From a virus (taxonomy: Duplodnaviria > Heunggongvirae > Uroviricota > Caudoviricetes): 64,000 bases of DNA. Under the pieces are notes generated by a model. That model was not told the origin of the DNA and ran no database searches. It was given only the letters and a program-made list of their open reading frames with translations. The translations under genes and the position numbers were made by a program. This document shows, one piece after another, positions 57,517 to 64,000 of this stretch. The stretch is taken from IMG/VR virus record IMGVR_UViG_3300010370_000025; one strand, 5' to 3'. Numbering within the stretch: position 1 is the first letter of the stretch; the number at the start of each line of letters is the position of its first letter.

Positions 57517-57540
57517 TGAGAACATATTAGGAACGATTAA

Positions 57541-60267
57541 ATGGCTAAACCAATTGGACAAACATTTTCTATAAATGATCTAGAAGTAGAAGGTATTTTT
57601 CTAACTAAGATAAGACTATATTTTAAATCTAAAGATACTAATAAAGGTATAGCGCTTCAGCTTAGAGAATGTGATAATGGTGAACCTACTAGAAGGATTG
57701 TCCCGTTTAGTAAAGTACAAAAAGAAGCAGCTGATATAAATGTCAGTTCTGACGCTAGTGCATATACTGATTTTTCTTTTGACTCACCTGTTTTTGTTAA
57801 ATCTGGTGAGGTGTACGCGTTTGTACTTATTCCTGATAACGGTAGCCCTGAATACGAGATATGGACAGCTAAGCTAGGTGAGAAAGATATATCTACTGAT
57901 GCTGCAAAACCTATTCAAAAAAATAATGAAATAGGAACTCTCTTTATTTCTTCTAATGATATTTCATGGACAGCAGTTCAAGAAGAAGATATTAAATTTG
58001 AAATTTTTAGAGCGCAATTTGAAGGCTCTGGTACTATTATAGTTAGAGAACCTAATATTGAATACCTTTTAGTAAAAAATCCTTCTGCTACTTTTGAGGG
58101 GGCTGAATTCGTAGTAGCTGGTAACGGTGATATTAAAGCAGCAAAAATTTCGTTCTCATCAGCTACTGGTACCTGGTCCAACGGTGAGCTAGTTTATCAA
58201 TCAAACGGTTCTGCTAATACTGCTACCGGTATTCTTTATTTCTCTAATTCTACCATGGTAAAAGTGCAGAACACTACCGGGGAATTTATTGTAAGTAATA
58301 CTATTACCGGTGCTACTTCATCAGCATATGCTACTATTACATCTGTGTCGCAAAACGTTATTACATACGGAACTAACTCTACTCCTAATAATACTATTTT
58401 AGTACCAGATACTAGTTTATTCTCTAATGGATCAACAAATAACCTAATTTATATTATTCATAGTAATACAGCCGCAACACCATATGGGTTTGTTGCAAAC
58501 GTAGTTTCTATTAATTCTGCAGCAAGTACACTTACACTAGCTCGCTCATTTAACTTTTCTACTAACGCAGGTACCATAGGTCAAGTTAAAGGTGGTAGCA
58601 TGCCTACCGCTTTAAGAATAAGACTTAACAATGTTGATAATAATAGAGTAGATGCTACTAGCGGTGATAAATTACTTTTTGGTTCCGCATCATCTGCTAA
58701 TTCTACACAAAACTTTAACGATACTATTGGAAATAGACTTATTGGGTTAAGAACTGGTATTCACTATGTACTAAAAAAAGTAATAGACTTACCTTATGAT
58801 GCTATAAGTGCTGACTTTAAACCTATTGTACCATCAAAAACTTCTTTCGATTTAGCATTCAAAGGATTTAAAGCAGATAACTCATTTACTGCTGATGCTA
58901 CTTATATTGATATTACCCCAGGTCAAACTTTTGAGTTTAATGATTACTCAAGAATAATGCAAAGTAGATCTAACTCATTTGATCTAGCAGTTGGAAGACA
59001 AGGTAACTCTTCTTTTATGATGGAAGTAAGTCTAGCAACAGATGATCCTAAAATTTCTCCATACTTTGCAAAAGAAAGTATGGATTTAATTGCTATTAGA
59101 AACATTACTGCTAATAGTGCATCTTTAAGAGGATACTGGTTAACGCTTGCTAACTCTTCAAATACTTTCACATATAATGAAGGTGTTGAACTAGATAGCA
59201 ATACATCAATCTACGGATATGCTATTCACAACTCTAGTGATACCGCGCTAGCATTATATGGCACAACAGCTGATATTATATTAAAAGCAAACGTATCTAT
59301 AACTGCTAATACAGGCGCATTCACTAATGGTGAGCTTGTGTATCAATCAGTAGCATCAGTAAATACTGCAACCGGTGTAGTTCTTGCAAGCAACTCAACA
59401 GTAGTTCAATTAGTAAATACTTTTGGCACATTTGTTACTACAGCTAACATAGTAGGTGCTACTTCTACTTCATCTGCAAATATTTCAAGTATTGCGCAAG
59501 GTGAATCAATCACTGGACAGACTTCTGGTACAACCGCTAACATTGTATCTATACAAGAGTTTAATGAAAATAAAGGTAATGGTATTAAAGTATCTAGATA
59601 TATTACTAGACCAGTTAAGCTAGCTGATGGCCAAGACGCAGAAGATCATCAAGTTTATATTACAGCGTATAGACCGCCAGGCACTGATTTTTATGTTTAT
59701 GGTAGATTCTTAAGCGCTATTGATACTCAAAGTATTAATAAAAAAGCTTGGTCGAGACTTAATAGAATATCTTCAAATACATTCTATTCAAGTGCTACTG
59801 ATTCTAGCAACTTTATTGAATTGGAATATAAAGTTCCTGTAAGCAACAATATAATTGCTAATACTGCTGGTTCTTCAATTTCAGGTAATACAATTACAAC
59901 ACCTTCAGTAGCCGGATTTACGGCTAACACTTACATTTATATCTATGATGGTGATAAAGCAGCTCTAAATGTTAGAAAGCTTACTAGTATTCCCAACGGT
60001 ACTCAACTGCAATTAGATTCTACAACTTCATTTGCGTTTTCATCTAACGTATGGATTGGAACTTTAGATAATGTTGAAAGTAAAGATAGTGCGTTTGTTT
60101 TCGTAAATCCAGACCCTGCAGTTGCTAATTCGCTTACTTATTCAACTAATAATGATAAGATTTATTCAACATATAAGACTTTTGCAATCAAGATTGTACC
60201 AGTTACAGAAAATATGTATGTTGTACCAAGAGCAGATGATATGAGAGCATTATGTCTCCAGACATAA
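57541..60267 (+). CDS. DUF4815/VrlC-like tail protein, second part
   Basis: PIGQTF...GIFLTKIRLYF.SKD, YAFVL, QEEDIKF.IFRAQF, RYITRPVKL, FAIKIV. Confidence 0.8.
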   Translation: MAKPIGQTFSINDLEVEGIFLTKIRLYFKSKDTNKGIALQLRECDNGEPTRRIVPFSKVQKEAADINVSSDASAYTDFSFDSPVFVKSGEVYAFVLIPDNGSPEYEIWTAKLGEKDISTDAAKPIQKNNEIGTLFISSNDISWTAVQEEDIKFEIFRAQFEGSGTIIVREPNIEYLLVKNPSATFEGAEFVVAGNGDIKAAKISFSSATGTWSNGELVYQSNGSANTATGILYFSNSTMVKVQNTTGEFIVSNTITGATSSAYATITSVSQNVITYGTNSTPNNTILVPDTSLFSNGSTNNLIYIIHSNTAATPYGFVANVVSINSAASTLTLARSFNFSTNAGTIGQVKGGSMPTALRIRLNNVDNNRVDATSGDKLLFGSASSANSTQNFNDTIGNRLIGLRTGIHYVLKKVIDLPYDAISADFKPIVPSKTSFDLAFKGFKADNSFTADATYIDITPGQTFEFNDYSRIMQSRSNSFDLAVGRQGNSSFMMEVSLATDDPKISPYFAKESMDLIAIRNITANSASLRGYWLTLANSSNTFTYNEGVELDSNTSIYGYAIHNSSDTALALYGTTADIILKANVSITANTGAFTNGELVYQSVASVNTATGVVLASNSTVVQLVNTFGTFVTTANIVGATSTSSANISSIAQGESITGQTSGTTANIVSIQEFNENKGNGIKVSRYITRPVKLADGQDAEDHQVYITAYRPPGTDFYVYGRFLSAIDTQSINKKAWSRLNRISSNTFYSSATDSSNFIELEYKVPVSNNIIANTAGSSISGNTITTPSVAGFTANTYIYIYDGDKAALNVRKLTSIPNGTQLQLDSTTSFAFSSNVWIGTLDNVESKDSAFVFVNPDPAVANSLTYSTNNDKIYSTYKTFAIKIVPVTENMYVVPRADDMRALCLQT

Positions 60268-60503
60268 AATTAAAAAGAGTAGAAGATCACAGTTATCTTT
60301 ACCGTGATACATATTCTAAGGGTATAATTAATAGTGATAGTGATGCGCTTAATAAATATAAAGAAGCGCGAAAAAACCTTAATAATATTAGATTATTGTC
60401 CACAGAACAAGAAAATATAAAAATAGAGCAAAAACAAGTAAGGCAAGATTTAGAGGAAATCAAATCATTGCTTTACAAATTGCTGGAGAATACTAGTAAA
60501 TGA
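60252..60503 (+). CDS. Small coiled-coil protein
   Basis: LYRD..SKGIIN followed by heptad repeats. Confidence 0.7.
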   Translation: MSPDIKLKRVEDHSYLYRDTYSKGIINSDSDALNKYKEARKNLNNIRLLSTEQENIKIEQKQVRQDLEEIKSLLYKLLENTSK

Positions 60504-63500
60504 CTATTTCACTATCGCAAGTTAGTAATACCCAAACATTTGGTACTTGGTTAGAGCGTACTAATCAAATAGCTAATATTATATCTTCTAATGCAGTTAC
60601 TGCGGATTTTACTACCGGTGGTTCTTTAACTACCGGTAACGTAGCTGTTAACGGTTATTTTACTACAAATACGCTCTCCTTATCAGTAGGTCTTCGAGGT
60701 GGTAATAATACCACAGAAGCTAACTTAGCTCTACTTTCTAATACATATGTTGATCCATTATCTGGAAACGTTCTAGTAATAACTGCTAACGGGTCTGCTG
60801 CATCATATACGGCTACCATGACTGGTAACGTAGTAATTATCAACCCTACTTCAAATACTAGAGTTTCTGGACCGTTAATGTCAGTTAATACAACTACATT
60901 AGCTGTTAACTCAACATCTACATTTACTGGTAATACTGCATTCAATGGAAATGCAACTAGCACTACAGTAACTATAGTAGGTAATACTACAACTACAAAC
61001 GTTAATGTGACTGCAACAAAAACAACAGTAACTAGTAACGTTGCAATTATAGGTAATACTAATATTGGTTCTAATGCTACCTTCACTAATATAACCGTGC
61101 AAGGTAACACTACTCACTCAAATGTTACATTTGATGCTAACGTAGTTACAATTCAACCAAGCGCTAACACAATAGTAGCCTCTCACCTATATGTTTCAAA
61201 TACTATTTTAGCATTCGAGGTTGATGTAGGCAACTCTACAATAACCAATACTAATATTACTGTTGGTAATTCTATATCAAATGCTGCATCTAATAGCACA
61301 GCGTTCAGAGTGGGTAATACTGTTGTTAATACTCAAATCACTAGTGCCTCTATTTCAGTAGGTTCAAATACTAGCGTTAATACATCCGCTTATTTTGTAG
61401 GAAACTCTACAGTTAACTCTATAGTACAAGCAGAATCAATTACTATAGGTGCTAATACATCTGCTAATACTTCTGCGATTAGAATAGGTGCTACAGCAGC
61501 TAACGTTACAGTACAATCTGGCTCAGTAGCAGTAGGTGCTAATGTAAGCGCTAATACTACTGCGTTGTTTGTAGGTAACACAACTATTAATTCTATAGTA
61601 ACATCTGCATTGCTAACAATTGGTTCAAATACTAGCGTTAATGCATCAGCTTACTTTGTAGGTAACTCTACTCTAAATTCAGTAATGCAACAAGCTGGAC
61701 TAACAGTAGGAGCTAATACCTCAGTAAATGCATCAGCATATTTTGTGGGTAACACAACTGTAAACTCTATTATTCAATCAGAGTCAATTACGGTAGGCGC
61801 TAACACCTCGGTAAACACTTCTGTAATTAGAGTGGGTGCAACTGCCGCTAACGTAACAGTTCAATCAGGATCTGTTGCAGTAGGTGCAAACGTAATTGCA
61901 AATAATACTTCCTACTTTGTAGGTAATACAACTTCTAATACAATAGTTGCACAAGGCTCAATCACTGTAGGTGCAAATACCTCAGTTAATACCTCAGCAA
62001 TTCAAGTTGGTGCAACAGCTGCTAACGTTAATATTCAGAGCGGTGTTATAACAATAGGTGCTAACGTAACAGCTAACACCACTACATTGTTTATAGGTAA
62101 CGGTACAGTAAACTCAGTTCTTACTGCCGGTAATCTAGCACTTAATGGTTCCAGATTACATGTAGGCAATTCTTCTGCTAATTCAGTACTTGATAGTGGT
62201 ATATTTACTCAAACTGGTAATGCTACATTTGGTACTGATGGTTTCGTAGTTGATGCATTAAACAAGAGAATCGGTGTAAACGTAGCTATCGCGTCTGTTA
62301 ACACCAGCGTCGCAATCGACGTTGGCGGTATTGTTAAGATGGACAGTTTAAGATTAGGTACCACTACTCTATCTAATCTAGACTTCGTAGCACAGATTGG
62401 TTCTAACGGTACACTTATTCAGATTAAAAATAGTAACACCTATGTAGAAACAAGCGCTAACGTAGCAGGAGTAGCTAATGGTTACGTTACATTTAATTTA
62501 CCGCGTTCTACTGGTGTAAACGATATCTATACATTAGCACCAGAAGGTCTAGAAATAGGCAATGCTCAAGTAAACGCTGTAGCATATAAAGCAGGTAACT
62601 CAACTTTTGGATTCTATGCTAACTCTACTGTACTTACATTTACAGGCAACTCATCAGTTGCTTCTGTAAACGTAACATCTGGTGGTTTCAAAGCAGGTAA
62701 CACCACGTCAACTAACGTACCTCAGTTAATTCTAGCAAATACTACAGGTAATGCAGTTGTTAATGTTACATCTTTAGCGTTAAGTAACGCTTCTGCAAAC
62801 TTTTTACTTGCAAATAATTTAGGATTATATCATACTGGTACTATTAATGCAGCATCAGTAAACGCTACTTCAATAAATGCCACTTCCTACACAGTAGGTA
62901 CTTACGGTTCTGCTACACAAGGTGCAGTTACTAACGCTACTACAATAGGCACAGGTAACTCTATTGTTAACGCAGCGCTTACTAGCTCTGTTCTTACAAT
63001 ATCAAATGCTACTGTAAACTCCGTTCTAGCAACAGGTAGCTTATACGTAGGTAATACTGTAGCAAATGCTGTAGTTAATACAACTGCACTCTTTGTAGGT
63101 AACTCATCTGTAAATGCTACACAGACAAGCTCAGTACTTACAATATCTAATGCTACTACTAATTCTGTTCTTGCAACTGGTAGCTTATACGTAGGTAATA
63201 CAACAGCTAATGCTGTAGTAAATACATCAACAGTATTCGTTGGTAATTCTACAGTTAATACAGCTGTAACACCTACAACATATGCAGTATCAAATTCTAC
63301 TGCGAACGTTAATATAACCAGCTCTACATTAAGTATAGCAAATGCTACTGTTAACGTTTCAGCTACCAGCTCATCATTAGCTGTACAGAATACAACAATT
63401 GCTTCAGTAACTGGTATAGGTACCTTCTACGTAGGCAACACTTCAGCAAATGCAGTCGTTAATACAACAGTGCATTTCATTGGTAATTCTTCAGTTAACG

Positions 63501-63991
63501 CAGATCTATCTGCAACTACATTAGAAATACAGAATAGTACTTCAAACGCTATTTTAACATCATCAAGTTTGTATGTTGGAACAACTACAGTTAATGCGGT
63601 AGTAAATACAACAACATTCTTTGTAGGCTCTTCTACTCAGAATGCAGTAGTAAATAACTCAGTTATTAGGGTTGCAAACGCTACAGTTAACACACAGATA
63701 AATATTGGGTCTATGTACTTTGGTACTACTACCGCTAACGTTGCTGCTAATGCTACTACAATTACATTAGCAAACTCAACAGTAAATACATTTATCGGTG
63801 TAGGCAGTTTTTATCTAGGTAACACATCTGTAAATACATCTGCTAATAGTACATCGATGTTTACAGGTAACTCTTCAGTGTTCTCTACTATAAACGCAAG
63901 TGGATTCTCATATACTACAGGTGGTACAACATATACAGTAGGTGTTCCTCTTAGAGTGTTTAGCTCTGCAGGTGCGCAATTATTCCCATAA
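60500..63991 (+). CDS. Long tail-fibre/adhesin-like protein with N/T/S/V/A/G repeats
   Basis: TFGTWLERTNQ N-terminus; repeated VGN(S/T)(T/S)xN units; almost no charged residues. Confidence 0.75.
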   Translation: MTISLSQVSNTQTFGTWLERTNQIANIISSNAVTADFTTGGSLTTGNVAVNGYFTTNTLSLSVGLRGGNNTTEANLALLSNTYVDPLSGNVLVITANGSAASYTATMTGNVVIINPTSNTRVSGPLMSVNTTTLAVNSTSTFTGNTAFNGNATSTTVTIVGNTTTTNVNVTATKTTVTSNVAIIGNTNIGSNATFTNITVQGNTTHSNVTFDANVVTIQPSANTIVASHLYVSNTILAFEVDVGNSTITNTNITVGNSISNAASNSTAFRVGNTVVNTQITSASISVGSNTSVNTSAYFVGNSTVNSIVQAESITIGANTSANTSAIRIGATAANVTVQSGSVAVGANVSANTTALFVGNTTINSIVTSALLTIGSNTSVNASAYFVGNSTLNSVMQQAGLTVGANTSVNASAYFVGNTTVNSIIQSESITVGANTSVNTSVIRVGATAANVTVQSGSVAVGANVIANNTSYFVGNTTSNTIVAQGSITVGANTSVNTSAIQVGATAANVNIQSGVITIGANVTANTTTLFIGNGTVNSVLTAGNLALNGSRLHVGNSSANSVLDSGIFTQTGNATFGTDGFVVDALNKRIGVNVAIASVNTSVAIDVGGIVKMDSLRLGTTTLSNLDFVAQIGSNGTLIQIKNSNTYVETSANVAGVANGYVTFNLPRSTGVNDIYTLAPEGLEIGNAQVNAVAYKAGNSTFGFYANSTVLTFTGNSSVASVNVTSGGFKAGNTTSTNVPQLILANTTGNAVVNVTSLALSNASANFLLANNLGLYHTGTINAASVNATSINATSYTVGTYGSATQGAVTNATTIGTGNSIVNAALTSSVLTISNATVNSVLATGSLYVGNTVANAVVNTTALFVGNSSVNATQTSSVLTISNATTNSVLATGSLYVGNTTANAVVNTSTVFVGNSTVNTAVTPTTYAVSNSTANVNITSSTLSIANATVNVSATSSSLAVQNTTIASVTGIGTFYVGNTSANAVVNTTVHFIGNSSVNADLSATTLEIQNSTSNAILTSSSLYVGTTTVNAVVNTTTFFVGSSTQNAVVNNSVIRVANATVNTQINIGSMYFGTTTANVAANATTITLANSTVNTFIGVGSFYLGNTSVNTSANSTSMFTGNSSVFSTINASGFSYTTGGTTYTVGVPLRVFSSAGAQLFP
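61225..63900 (+). repeat. Degenerate tandem coding repeats within the fibre gene
   Basis: e.g. GGTTCAAATACTAGCGTTAAT at about 61360 and 61622; GGTAGCTTATACGTAGGTAATAC at about 63035 and 63179. Confidence 0.8.
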
Positions 63992-64000
63992 TGAGATAGT

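Noticed and set aside
40356-61581. Minus-strand ORFs within gp5, gp25, gp6, gp7, gp8, DUF4815 and fibre genes
   Set aside because: Antisense to low-complexity structural genes that lack the codons giving reverse-strand stops.
1-64000. Stop-codon reassignment, introns, inteins, homing endonucleases, integrase or transposase
   Set aside because: Core genes read full length in the standard code, nrdJ, primase and phoH are uninterrupted, and no such motifs were seen. The two breaks found are frame shifts, not in-frame stops.

Overview
A 64-kb, AT-rich segment of a large T4-like (Tevenvirinae/Kyanoviridae-style) lytic myovirus. It carries homologues of T4 gp61, RNase H, gp33, gp59, gp32, gp2, gp4, gp26/51/54/48/53/27/5/25/6/7/8 and T4-type late promoters (TATAAATA). 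The host is most likely an alphaproteobacterium, probably Hyphomicrobiales-like: the window has a circularly permuted two-piece tmRNA with an ANDN...LAA tag and an Omp25/RopB-like 'AADLP' outer-membrane protein. Layout: tRNAs and small early genes, thyX and the OMP (1-4.4 kb); a late cluster of probable head-packaged or virion proteins plus spanins (4.5-16.9 kb); replication and nucleotide metabolism, with a late holin-epimerase-glycosyltransferase unit (17-32 kb); a minus-strand tail/head-completion block (32-36.4 kb); baseplate, tail and fibre genes (36.4-64 kb). The strongest leads are: (1) a high density of N-X-S/T sequons in the tail proteins together with apparently late-expressed sugar enzymes, a candidate virion N-glycosylation system; (2) a phage two-piece tmRNA behind a late promoter; (3) a set of proteins with capsid-targeting-like N-termini carrying nuclease and nucleotidyltransferase folds; (4) a class-II-like tRNA with a UAU anticodon; (5) split gp5 and split DUF4815-like tail genes. 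No CRISPR array, integrase, transposase or intron was found. All family assignments come from motif recognition by eye, not from database searches.
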